Shown here one piece after another: positions 25,186 to 38,139 of a DNA stretch of 64,000 nt. How positions within the stretch are numbered: position 1 is the first letter of the stretch; every line of letters starts with the position of its first letter. Under the pieces are notes generated by a model. It made no database searches. It saw nothing but the letters and a program-made list of their open reading frames with translations, and was not told where the DNA came from. Position numbers and translations under genes: made by a program. The DNA comes from Camelus dromedarius (Eukaryota): contig NC_087436.1 in the NCBI RefSeq assembly GCF_036321535.1, positions 100,070,001-100,134,000 of the forward strand. Direction: 5' to 3'.

Positions 25186-27839
25186 TATTTGATCTGATTG
25201 AAAGGATTTGCTGATATCTGAACTTTTTAACCTATAAAAATGACAATTTCATACAGTTTGACCTTATACTATTGTATAATAATCTTCAGAATATTGTTAA
25301 GCTCATTCTTTTTATATACATATATATGCTAAAGCTTCGACTTTTATTGATAGTAATAAAAAAGTAATAAAAGCAAAGAATCATAACTCATATATGTAAA
25401 ATTATTGCATAAACCCATTTAATTTTCACAACAACTCTATGAAGCTGTAAATATTTCCCTTCCTTAAATATTTGTGTTTATGTGGAAAAGTAATATGCTC
25501 AAAGTTTTTTCTTTTTTTCAGAGTATATGTAATATGCTCTCAGTTCTTCCCAGAACAACACAAAGTACAACACTCCTTTCACACCCACGTCTGCCCTCTC
25601 ACACATATCTCCTAAAAAAAATTACATATTTATTAACATCTTGCCCACCCCATCCATGGTGCAACAATATGACCTTGAAAGAGCTGCCCAGTTTGATTCT
25701 ATATTTCTCAGCCTTTGGGTGTCAGTGGATCAGATGCAGTGTTATTGCCAATGAGACGAAAGATGATGTGAAATGAAACATTTCTAGGTTAAGGCACTTA
25801 ATGATGTGTGATTTCACCTTGCTCTTTTTCTTGACAGATTGCTTGTGATGACAGTGGTGGATAAGATGTGACATAGAAGTAGCCTGTTTCCTCCAATCTT
25901 TTTGTAACTGAAAAACAACTACTGGCCAGGAACATCAGAAAAAAATAATCTTCCACTGATGTTTTCTTCATTGCAGAAACTAGGACTACACTAACTAACA
26001 TAGAAATTGGTAATTTGAAAGGACATTCATTGTCTGAAAAAAAATAACTTAAATTTGAGTGGCAATGGGTAGGTAGTTGAGAGGCAGGCAGCCAGGAATT
26101 AGGTGGTGCTACTGGGAATGATGAAGTAGACCTGTCGCCTCCATTACTTTGGCAGGTGGAACCAGTACCTGTTGAGTCTGTATCTTTGTGGTGGTGATTG
26201 GAAATCCAGCATGTTAGTGTACATTGTTTGCTCTTTACTACTGATAACACATTATTACATGGAACAGATTAGTTCAGATGGCATTTATTTACTTTGCTAG
26301 AAAAGACTGAAAGGAAATAGACTGCAGGATTTTAAGGTCTCAGGTTTTCCAACCATGAGGATCTCTTTGTACTCTATAGCAGGAAGGAATACTGAAATAG
26401 TTCTAAGCTGTAAGTTCCACTAAAATGTATCAATTATAAAAAAGGGATCCAGCTTTGAGGCAATAATGTTAAGGTGTAATCTTTCTATGAAACCCTACTG
26501 CTTAATATGCCTACAGTTTGAGAAAGAGGATCATGAAGAAAAGAAGCCAAGTAAGTTAGTAAATAAGTAAATAAAAAAGACAGACACAAGTACTGTGTCT
26601 GGGGAAGAATTATAGGTGCTTATTGACACATGGAATGGACTTTTCCTTCTGCCATTCTTTTGTTACTATTTTTGAACATAGTACTTTTAGGATTTGTGTA
26701 GGTGATAAAAACATCTTTTCATATTACATGTCTACAAAACAGCAGTGCCACTACTAGCACCATATTTACAAATTATGTGTCATGACATAAACATTCGAAA
26801 ATAATTTCCGTTTTATTCAGAGTCAGCCTCTAATCATCTAAAAATGATTTAACTGGAAAAGTTCTGACCTCTTCCCTTTAGATTTTGATAGAGTTTCTAA
26901 AAATTAGAGTATCGGAGTATATCGTATTACCATATAGGATGGAGATGCCAAGTTCAGTATCCTGACCTCTCATAGAGCTGACTGCTTAGTACATCTAGGA
27001 CAAGCTGACCAAAAGCTAGTTGTGTATACCAAAATTGACTGGAGAAATACATTCATAAAATCTGTCTCTAATACTAATTCACTGAAAATTGCATGCATAG
27101 TTTTGTCACCCCCTCCCCAGATAAACACAATATATAATTTGGGGTCATTTTGAGCTATGCAGTGGACTTCTGATTTATAAGAAAATTGTGTATCATGAAA
27201 CATACAGTATTCTCCTCCAAATTGTCATTACATGTTCCCAAACTCAGATCCGTGGTTAAAATTAATGTCCAACAGAAACTGTCACTGTAGAAAGGACTCT
27301 CAGTAGTATAATCACAGAAAATGATGAAACCATAATCACAAAATATATAGCCAGAGGAAAAAGATGTGACAGAGCTGACAAGCAAATGGAATCCAGCATA
27401 ACTCTCCCCTGTGAGTGGTGTCCTTCCAGGCAGGTAACAACAAAGGAGCAGCAATGTTACCACCTCCCTTGAGCAGTATCATTGTCTTGTGAGCAAGAAT
27501 GACAGACGTTGACCGCGTTCATACTACGTGAAGCTGGAGGGTCCGCTATAGATTTTGAAAGGACACAAAGGTGTAACTGACAGCACAAGAGAGTGAGATA
27601 TTTGACGTGCGGGGCAAAGGTTGACAAGCTTGAGAATATATTTGCCCCGCCGCCTGTAAGGCTGAAAGTGAGTAAAACCAGTGAAGACAAACAACGTGAT
27701 CATTTACGGGAGGAAAAGTTATTTAAAACTCTCCTTTTCCTTGTGCTCATGCACAAGCTGCCGTGATCATGAATGAGTATTATCTAAAATGCATTGGCGA
27801 CACTAGACAATCAGAGAATGACTTGCTCTGGAGACACAA

Positions 27840-27885
27840 GGAACATATATAATTGAGAGCAATTGCTCTCAATTATATATGTTCC
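27840..27885. repeat. Perfect 46-bp palindrome with no spacer
   Basis: ggaacatatataattgagagcaa|ttgctctcaattatatatgttcc; the two 23-bp arms are exact reverse complements. Confidence 0.97.
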
Positions 27886-28212
27886 GTGAATTAGGAGACC
27901 GGTTTCCATAAGTACCATAGGTGTTCTATTTTCTAAAATAAATTTACTATTCTAATGTGCCTATATGAAAATAGAAGTATGAAATAGAGGTAGATAAAAT
28001 GAGAAAATAAATTTTAAAAAGTAGAAAACCATAAAGATTCTTTGAATTTTATACTTACACTTCACTAGAAAGAAAGTTCAAGAAGAATGCTTGAATGCTT
28101 TCTAAAATCTTTAAAAATTAGATTTAATTACAAAAATTCATTGGTGAATTTATATAGCTGCTTTGAAAATAATATTATTTTTCTAAAATAAAACCTGTAG
28201 GCAACAACAGCC

Positions 28213-28235
28213 TGTGTGTGTGTGTGTGTGTGTGT
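28213..28235. repeat. (TG)n microsatellite
   Basis: About 11 TG units, read directly. Confidence 0.95.
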
Positions 28236-28404
28236 ATAATTGTAATCATGGCACCCTTATATATGACATTATTGTTAAATCTATTGACATATTCAAAAAT
28301 TAATTCAACAATTAATTCGTTAATTCATATTTAGACCTGAGTTAACTTATAAGAATCTTCATGTGAGTGTATGTTTCTTGTCACATTAATAAGAATCAGA
28401 GTAA

Positions 28405-28635
28405 TTAGAAGTCTGAGTTTTGGTGTCAGGCAGCTCTCGGTTCAAATTCAGGCTGACTTAAACTCATTTTGTTTTACTGGATAGACTAGTTAATCATTTT
28501 GAATAGATGCATCCTCATTTATGAAATGTCTATAATATTTATTTAATAGACACATTGTGAGGATTAAATCAAATAATTTAGGGGAAAATTCTTAGCATGT
28601 TTCCTGTCATACAATTTATACCTCATAAATTATGT
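28405..28635 (+). mobile_element. MIR SINE
   Basis: ttttggtgtcaggcagctctcggttcaaattc...cctcatttatgaaatg...ttgtgaggattaaat. Confidence 0.6.
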
Positions 28636-28670
28636 TTTGCATATGTATATAAAAGTGAAGATTCTTCAGC

Positions 28671-28872
28671 TGTAGTAGGTAAGATTTTGGCTCCTGTGAC
28701 TTTCACCACCTGATGTTATGCACGTGAATATATTTTCCAAGGCTAAAGAGACTTGGTAGACAAAATCAATGTTACTACTGTACTTCTAACCTACAAAACT
28801 GAAATAATAAACAGTTTTCTGCAGCCACTAAATTTGTGGTAATTTGTTACAACAGCAATAGCAAACTAAAAA
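28671..28872 (+). mobile_element. Internally deleted MaLR LTR (MLT1D/E-like)
   Basis: 5' end tgtagtagg...; 3' end gccactaaatttgtggtaatttgttacaacagcaatagcaaactaa. Confidence 0.7.
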
Positions 28873-30900
28873 AATCCATGTTTAAATGCATACCTATGTA
28901 TGTACAGATATATAACTCCATCAGTATATTTTTGTTTAATTCAAGTACATAATAAATGGTATTTTAGAGGACTAAAAAAGCTAATTCCTCCTCAATTATT
29001 TCTTTCAGGGAGTATATTGCATATCAGTAGTGATTTAATTTAAATATTTCAGGCTACCTACAGCTTCATTGTTCCTCAAGGGTAACTGACTTCACATCTT
29101 TTGATGCCCATTTTGCTCCAGAGATGGTGACTTTGCATTATTCATGTTTGTCTCCATTTATCTACCCTATGACAATTTCAGTAGCTCTGATGCTGTATAT
29201 GTGTGTGTGTATGTATGTGCGTGTGTGTGTGTGTCTGTGCACCCATCTGTATTTTAATGCTTTTCTCTGTTTAACTGTAGAGATTATTTTGGAAACAGAA
29301 TGAATGAAACTGTTTTATAAACCTTTCCACTTACAGAGACTACCAGCTAAATTTGTGAAGTAGGAACCCAAGTTGCATTTTAAGTATATTCTTAGTAATA
29401 TTGAGAATGTTCACTGATATCATGCTACAGCCAGAGAAGTAGTGAAGTAACAGAAAGAGAAAATGACACTTTTCAAATAAAGGGTCGTGGCTGAATTACC
29501 AAAAAATTTAAAGAACAGTTACAGCACATGGGAGATGTTTAGCAGAGGATATATATAGAAAGATTGCCAGTAGATAAATACAAACAAAACTTTTAAATAT
29601 ATTTTATTCTAAAAATAGTGACTTCATTTACTGAACAATGCACTTCAAAGTATCATTATAATTTTAATTTATTTGCTAATGAGACAAATTGACAAATTTC
29701 ATTGAACAATTAATTATGTGGTTCAATACTTTGAATGAAGTATTTCATTTAACCTCACAACATTTCTGTGAGGTGTTCTTTTCCTATTTTCCAAATATAA
29801 ACGGGAATGTTAAGAATTCAAAGTGAAATAGCTAAAAATGGATAGTTTCAAGCCCTAACAGGCCGAATTTAGAGCCCACAGGGCTAACATTCACTAACAA
29901 ATAGTGTATTGTGTAAGAATTTTGGAATAAAGAGGGTCATTTAGTAAGGCCATGATGCTTTTTAGCATAATTCTATGATATTTAATAAAGGAAAAATATA
30001 CCATGTCTCAAGATGAGTATGACAGAAAATAAGTACAAGTAGTTTATAAACAAACATTCATAAACTACGTAAACAATAAGATCATAAGTATTTGATCAAA
30101 GTATTAGAAAAAGTGTTATGACCATAAAAATTCTAATATAATAATATTATATGAACTATGACAGATTACAAAAATGTATACTCAATATATTTAAATTTTA
30201 GAAGCATAGAAGCATGCAAATATACATCCAGATAAATAAACGTAAGAGAAGAAGGAAATATACCAGATGTTAACAGTGTTTATCAAATGTTTATACTGGG
30301 AGGTGGGGTAACTATTGATTTTTTTCATTGTGTATTTCTGTGTTTTCCAGCAGAAGTTCTTAAAAGGAGAAAATGCTGTTTCTGAATAAACAAGTGCAAA
30401 GCAACTAGTAATGTCAAACTTCTATTTATTGAATGATTACTATGTGCCAGATGCTTTCCTAAACATTATACACAAACTTACTGAATCTCCACAATTCAGT
30501 TCCAGTTCTAGCAAACAACACAGTCTTTCCCAGAAAGGTCAGGGCTGGGGAAAACGACACATATGGGGGTGGGGATGGGGGGAGGTTGGTTGGATACTGA
30601 GAGAAGAATCTTAAACACAATACTGTAACAATGGAAATCACATAAAAATAATAAAATCATATATAGCAAGTTATAATCAGTATGTATGAAACGGTTTAAT
30701 TCTTTATTTAAAATAACTTTCCTACTCAAATAATTTTAGCTTCTTCTGGTAACTATGATATCTACCATTGTTCAAAAAGTTTCATTTTCCCAGAAAGATT
30801 CTCTGATTTTAAATTCATGCCAATTTACAATCCAGACCTCAGGTTTCTACATGCCCTTATTTTAACCCTTTCCATTTCCTATATAGACAGTCAGACGTAA

Positions 30901-31022
30901 GTTTTCTGTTTTCTCCTCCTTCACCCCCTCCTGCTCTTCCCCCCTTGCCCTCCCCTCCCCTTTCCCCTCTCTCTCCCCCTCCTGCTCCTCCACCTTCTCC
31001 TCTTCCTTCTTCTTCTTCATTT
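30901..31022. repeat. Polypyrimidine/polypurine low-complexity tract
   Basis: About 120 bp almost entirely C/T on the + strand. Confidence 0.9.
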
Positions 31023-31329
31023 TGAATATGTGTGTTTGAAATAAGTTGGAGTTAAGAAGAATGCAGGGAAAATTTTGAATACAATATGGAAAAAATTGTA
31101 AAACTGATAGAAGAAAATCTAAGCTACATCACTGTGGATGATGTCACGTAAATACTTCATTGGTGTGTGAAATTTCGTTCTGAGATTAGATCCCATGTGT
31201 GTTTATTGGGTTGAGCATCACGTCAACTATTTTTTTTTTTCTTAAATGGTTGAGAATAACTATGGATCTAGGGGCATATTTCTTGCCCTGGTACCTCCCA
31301 ATTGCCTTTGCCTTTCAGTTATCTAAGTA

Positions 31330-32040
31330 TATATCAGCCACTTGGGTGCTGCTTCATGGCTCCATCTTGAACTCTCACTAGGTCAGAGGTAAGCTGATTG
31401 CTTACTGTGGTGAAGGGGAATCAGACTTTGATAGAAGCTTAGTAGCATCCTAGAGAGGAAAGTGCACATTTATGATATTTGGTGGTCTGGCTTAAATTGA
31501 GTCTTTCAATCCAAGGGCTTGATTGGTTTTGGATAAAGATCATGATACAGTAGTTTAGGATAGGTTTGGGGACAAGGATTTTGGAGGATCTTGGTGTGTA
31601 AATAGTCATTTGATTCTCTGTCTCGAAAAGTTGATCAGTCTTAAATGATTTATCAGGAGTTCCTTAAACTAACCATTAAGGTATTTTTTTTTTTAATTGA
31701 AGTATAGTCAGTTACAACATGTCAATTTCTGGTGTACAGCATAACTTCCCAGTCATGCATATTATATACATATATTCATTTTCATATTTTTATTAAGGGT
31801 AAAGATATTGAATATAGTTCTCTGTGCTATACAGAAAAAATTTATTTTTTATCTATTTTGGGAGTTTGAGATTTGCTAAGGTTAATTACTATATATAAAA
31901 ATAGATGAAAAACAATTAAGTTATCATCAAACATTACCATTCTGGTAAAGAGTTCCCTAAAATAGTAATACTATATATAGGAAGACAGTTGGCCAAGACA
32001 GTCATGGTACTAATCATGCGAATAATCAAGTCATATGATG
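31330..32040. mobile_element. Probable old ERVL-type LTR hosting the twin-primed L1
   Basis: LTR-like text (gggcttgattggttttggataaagatcatgatacagtagtttaggat) continues on both sides of the L1; family not resolved. Confidence 0.35.
31685..31910 (-). mobile_element. Short L1 3' end with 5' inversion (twin priming)
   Basis: Poly-T plus reverse L1 3' UTR to ~31859, then forward L1 sequence gggagtttgagatttgc...ctatatataaaaatagat (cf. 17396-17445). TSD aaccattaaggtat / aacaattaagttat. Confidence 0.8.
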
Positions 32041-32049
32041 AGTAAGGCC

Positions 32050-32052
32050 TGT

Positions 32053-32089
<37 letters not shown>
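32050..32089. repeat. (TG)n microsatellite
   Basis: Read directly; two TA interruptions. Confidence 0.95.
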
Positions 32090-32090
<1 letters not shown>

Positions 32091-33569
32091 TTGGATTTCA
32101 AGGTGAATAACTAATTCTGAATTCCAAATGGATTTTTCCCTATAATTTGGCTTAAGCCAAATAAAATTAAAAGTGTACAGTTTAAGGTAACATAAAAAAA
32201 AAGATGATTTGGGGGATAAAAAACATGTTAATCATCCATGCTAATGGATGTATGTAATCTCAGAAAAGTGAAAGTTGACTGCACTTTTAATAGGCATTGT
32301 ATAATTTTGTGACTAATTCTAAGGGCTTTCTTTACACTATTGAAGTTAGGAAGTATAACAACTGCTTAATATGCTTAAAGGATTAATGTACAAGGATGAT
32401 GCATTGATCTTTTAATAGTGCATAATGACCATTATATATGTGCATGAGTGTGTATGCCTGTATACATATAAATATACCACACACAGGTATCTATTCTAGA
32501 AGAGTAGGACATGTGAAAAAATATGCTTACAATCACATGTTATCTGGAAAATATATACTCTGAATAGAAAATGTCATGTCCCTCTTCTCTGTGGTGTTAA
32601 CTTTGCTCTTTTTTTAACCCTTCTCCTTTGCCACTACTGTGATAGAGTATGTTCTGACTCAGAACTAGAGCTTTTCACTTTCTGCTGTTCAGAGACAATT
32701 TAATTTTAATTGCTCCCCAAGCATAGGCCAATTCATGATGGCAAGAGCAGAGCAAGAATCCTTCACAGATCCTTTGAAGTTTGAAGAGCTGCTATTCACA
32801 TCGCCTCAGGCTTCCGTCCCCACATTTGTATGAAAATGGAAGCAGCTGAACACGTCTGTCATACGTGCCCGATGTTACTGGGACTGAAAGTACCTCGTGC
32901 AGATTTGTTTCAGATTTTTCAGCTATCGATATAAAGTTTAAAACAAGGAGATTAAACAGATGTTGTTTTGCTATATGCATTTAAAATGGCATTAAAAATA
33001 CATGATTATGAAAGAATAACAGTCCATGGAGTAATTAAGCTAAACAGAAAATACACGTTGAGCATTTTATGTGTGTGTATGTGTGTGTGTCTGTGAATTG
33101 AGGGGGTGGTTAAAGAATCGTAAGTCACCTCCCACACTGGAGAATAAAATCATTAACAGTACTTTACAACTGCACATTTAATAAATGCAAATGTATACTA
33201 AATAACCACTGATCTCTTGGTAAAAGGAGCAATAATTTCTTAAAGCATTCAATTTCATGGTTTTTGTATAAAGCAAAAAAAAGGTGAATTCATTTAGCAA
33301 AGTGTTTAAATGTGAAACTATGTAAACCACTTTCACCCTGTATTTGTGAAAGGTAGAAGCTGAAAGTAGGCAAATCCCTTCCAGGGCGTGTTGGAATCAT
33401 GATTATTAATATTTTCCAAATCCATTTTGAAAGAATTCAGCAGAGGAATTTTAGACTGGGAGACATGTAAGAGGCAAGTCACTTGAGAGATTCTTTATTA
33501 ATTGTTTTATAAGTGATCATTTTTAAATGGGAGGGTATACTTGACATTTGAAGGCAAATTTTATTGGTA

Positions 33570-33998
33570 TGTTGTCCGGAAAAAAGAGGCACAATATAAG
33601 AGCTGTGAGTTGAGTTTATTCAATGTCTTACTGAGGACTATAGCCCAAAGACAGCCTCAGAAATCTCTGAGAAACTCTTCCAAAGAGGTTGGGGATCAGT
33701 GTATATATGATTTTAGTGAAGGGGTACATGTAATCAAGGGTACGAGGAAGAAATCTCTCAATGAATTATTTTAGTGCTTTCCTAAGTATGAGAGGATGCA
33801 AGAATTCAAGTTCATTAAAATTTCCCCTAAATACCTTACTATCTGAGGGCTAGTTCTGCCCGCTTTCCCAGAGCACACAGTGCCTCATCCTGATCTTCAC
33901 CTCGAACTCCTTTCGGGGTGTACTGTATGTCAATGATTGTTGTGGCTAATGACTCGATTCTTGTAGAACTGGACGGTAGCAACATCCTTTGTTTTACA
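33570..33998 (-). mobile_element. ERV1-type solo LTR, diverged relative of family A
   Basis: gtgagttgagtttattc...ctgaggactatagccc...gacagcctcag...ttccaaagagg...ttttagtgctttcct parallels 1489-2005; TG...CA ends. Confidence 0.7.
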
Positions 33999-35579
33999 AG
34001 AGGACGACAAGAAACTTACCATAGTCATTAAAGATTTGCCCTTGACATCAAATTCTAAAATGCTTTCTTTGCCTTTTCATCTAAAAGAGTTAGGAAACTG
34101 GAAAACTGGGGGAAAAAAAATTATTCATATGTATATAAATTAGTCAAGTAAGGCTTATTAACTCTAAAATTGGAAGTTGATTATACTTCTAAGATATGTA
34201 TAGATTCAGACGATTTTGTTTAAACCTTGTGTTATCACCTTCTGATAGTGTGAGTTATTCTCTTTCAGCAGGAAAGAATTAAAAAATTTTTTGTTTAGCC
34301 TTTTCCCTCAGTAGGATTTTCCCAGGTTATAGTTAAAGTTTTTGATTTAGAGATAGCTAAGACATATTTTCCTCTTTACAGACGATATTTCAATTGGATA
34401 TTCTATTAAGTTGCTACTTTTAGTTTAAGGACTCAGTGGAGCAGGCACTTGTACAATGTACCCTTAAGCTGCTTTGTATTTCTCTTCCTGATTCCTCACC
34501 TCTGCTCCTTGGGACATCACTGAAATTAACCACCTCAATTCAAGTCCTCTCCTTAGGTTGCTTTTGGCTAAACATGATCTAATAAAAGAGGCTTCCTCTC
34601 CAAACTCAGCAATTTAATTAAAAAATGCCATGTTTTCCTTTTTTTGATTTTGAAGGTATTTTTGATACTGTTTTCATTGATATTTTGTTGTGAATAAATG
34701 CAGCATAGCTAGAAATAAAATAACCACTTGTATCATTCTACTTGTCTGTTTTCTGAGAACACAGAAATGTTTCTTGTCTTCATACACTGTTCTTTCCTGT
34801 TGATGATCTTTTTCATCCAGTTCTTTATTGTGCAGTTGATTTCTTACACACTAAATTGAACGTAGAGTCTTGCCACACTTTCCTCATTAATCATTCTTTA
34901 CTTCTGGTCAAGCCTGTTAAAAGCAGCGATGGATTAAACACAGATATAGGTGCAAAAAATCAAATTAGCAGGTAATATATAGGAAAAACCATTAGAATAG
35001 CAAGGAAATACCTCTGCATACAAAAATGGACACTGTTTCTGCCCTGTGCTGGGTCTGCCTTTCAGATTTTACCACAAAGTTAGGATGAGGTGGAAGATGC
35101 TTAGATATCAAGCTTTAACCTGTAAGGGGATGAGCTGAGGTTGGATTATTCAAACAAACAAATGAGCAAACAACAATTTACATGCAGCATTCTGTGATGT
35201 GATTTCAGTGATTCAGCCCAAGAAATGTGCTTATAAAGTGCCAAGTGAGAAAGAAATCTGTGTACAAAATCAATAGACTATTTAGGATATTAGGAGATAC
35301 TGAGAACTATCAAACATTCCTGATAGTCATAAAATAATATCTGGATAAATAATGAGGCATTGCATTTAATATGGGAAGATTAACTGCAAAGATTAATGGC
35401 ATTCTACCACAAGATTACAATAACTTGACAAAGAATATTGAAATGTAATTGGGAGAAAGGATGTAAAAAACCGTATTTTTGATAAATAAATGACGAACAG
35501 TGTTTTTTACTAGTATTAAAATATACAGGATTCTAGAGTTATAATAATTAAAGAATTAGATATAAATTAGTATAATACT

Positions 35580-36175
35580 GTTGGGAAACAACTGGTATTA
35601 TCTCATGAAACCGAAGATAAATATACCCGGAAATTCCACTTGTACGTATAGTACCTACATGACTCCTGCACATACCCTTGAAGAGACATACACATCATTG
35701 AATGAAGGAGTAAACAAAGACAAAACAGAATAAAACCAGAAACATAAGTCACTTGTTCATAAAATGAAGACTGGGTAAAAAATTGTGGACTGTTTATCCA
35801 ATGGAGTTTTATACAGTCTTGAAAAAAAGGTGAATACAACAACATGCATAAATTTTAGAAACGCAAAGTTGAGTGAAAAACAAATTTCTGTGGACTATAT
35901 GTATATGACACTATCTTTATGTTTTTTAATCTTAAACAATAGATTTCAGATTATATGCATAGATGATAATTCAGTTCAAAAAAGATGCAAAAGAATAAAT
36001 AACAAAAATTCAAAGTGTAGAGGCAGAGGAATGAGATTTGGGGAAGAACATAGGTAGATTTGACTGTTTTGATTATTTTTTGTTTTTACTTTGTTCATTT
36101 TATTATTGTGATTCGTAGCTTATAGCTGTGTTAATAGATATTTTATTTTACATGTATAAAATATTATTAATATTA
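35580..36175 (+). mobile_element. Old L1 (L1ME-like) 3' region
   Basis: aattccacttgtacgtata...gggtaaaaaattgtggactgtttatccaatggag...acaacaacatgcataaattttagaaacgcaaagttgagtgaaaaa. Confidence 0.7.
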
Positions 36176-37479
36176 GAAATTCCAAATCCAAGCAAACAGT
36201 AAAGCTGAACTGCAATAAAAGAAAATGATCAGTTTCCTGTTTCACCTTCAGGTGAAAATTAATATCAGAATCTCACTAGATGAATTAAAAAGAATGATGG
36301 ACAAAGCTGATGAGTGCATTGTGTGCTGAGAGCCAGTGTCATGACATTCTCTAAGAAGTGAGTGTAAAAGGCCAAAGAAATGTGAAGGGTGAGAGAAAGG
36401 TTATGAAAAAGAGAAGAGACTAGCTTTTCTCATGCATCTCAAAGACAATTCAGAAGAGAAAAAAATGGTAGAAAGGAATCCATTGTAATAATAAGTAATG
36501 GTAATAGTAATAATAAATTCTCAAAATTGCCTAGGGCTGGAGGGATAAAGTTTCAGACACCAAGTGCAAAAAAAAAAAAAAAAAAAAGTTAAAATAATAA
36601 TAAAAATGTAAGAGTTCAAAGAGGTTTCAGAAAGAAAAAGAAAGTTGTCTGAAATGTATGAATAATCAAATTAGCACCAGCTCTTTGTTTTAGTGACCAG
36701 GTGATAAATGATAAGTCAATATTCTCAAGGACACTCAAATAAACCAAGTACTTAAGTCAAAAGGCAAAATATATTTTCATCCAGGGAAAGATTCAGAAGT
36801 TTATCATGCACACAGAAGGAATTATTTACAACTGTGTTGTGATAAAAATGAAAAATTGATTGAAGAAAGAGAAAGATATAGAATATTTTTATAATGATGT
36901 TTTCACATCAGGAAATATATTTGTATAATTTATAATATTAAAATTTGATTATTATGTAATATGCACCAGATATTTGCCAGGTGTCCTCAAAATATTATAC
37001 TAAATATAATATTTATTTCCAATATGCACTCTTAATTAATTAGTTATCAAAAGAAATTTCTCTAGTCTGATAAATAGTAGCTACTGGAGTCCTAAATAAA
37101 AATTCTAGTGAGGAAAAAAAATAGAAATACCTCCACTAATTCAACAGAAACTTAAAAACAGCCAAGAAAAAGGAAAGAATATATGTAATGTAAATATCAG
37201 GAATTGTTTTTTATCACTTTTAGGATGTTATTTCTATGGAGATAATGCAATTATTCATCTTAATAAAACAAGGGTGATCAACTTTAAATTATGAAAATTA
37301 ATAAGATACATGTAGTATGTTGGTTGTAGAGGAAATCAACATAAAATACAAAAATTAATAAAATAACATAAGATGTTTATTATGGCAATAACAACTATTA
37401 AAAACAGGTATGAACAGGGATGGATTTATAAAAAAAGAAATATTATAAAAATTTTTAATAATATAAAAGTTTCTAATAA

Positions 37480-38080
37480 ATTAAGAGACATATAACATTA
37501 AAATGGTGATATTGTAAAATTAAATTATAATATAATTAAATTGCAACAAGACTTTTCTAAAATATATAGAACATAGATAGGAGCATAGCCAACTTACTGA
37601 AATGTTCATCAGTAAAGAAAAATATAGCAGAAAAGCTAATAGTTTTTTGAATAGGAGAGCTAATGATAGGATATTTGCCATACTGTACCATAAATCCACA
37701 GAAATTAAAAATAATGTATCACAGACATAAAGATAAGTAAATAATCAAATGTAAAAGATTTGAAACCTAATAGCAGATGTTAATATATAAATATATGTAT
37801 ATATCTCCTATATGCTATAAATGCAACATATGCACATATAAAAAAGTGGCATTATACACAATAAAGTTGATATTTTAATGTAGTGGGGAAAGGATGAGTT
37901 TTTAACACGTCTTAAAGATAATTGGCTACTTCTTGGGAAAAAATCAAATTAGATATTTAATGTACAGCAAGTATAAAAATACTTTTCAGATTTAAAATAA
38001 AAACATAATATATAAAATGTACATTTTTGGAAAAACCAGAAGATATTTCTATAATTTTAAGATGGTAAAAATTGTCTAGA
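37480..38080 (+). mobile_element. Old L1M ORF2-region fragment
   Basis: A-rich; gtagtggggaaaggatgagtttttaa...aattggctacttcttgggaaaaaatcaaattagat matches the L1 ORF2 3' region. Confidence 0.6.
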
Positions 38081-38139
38081 TTAGTGCGGAACAATGAAAC
38101 TCCCTGAAATTATGAAGATGTTCTATATGAGTATCTTTT

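Noticed and set aside
25798..26250. 150-aa minus-strand ORF
   Set aside because: Non-ATG start, no recognisable homology or splice context; length is compatible with chance.
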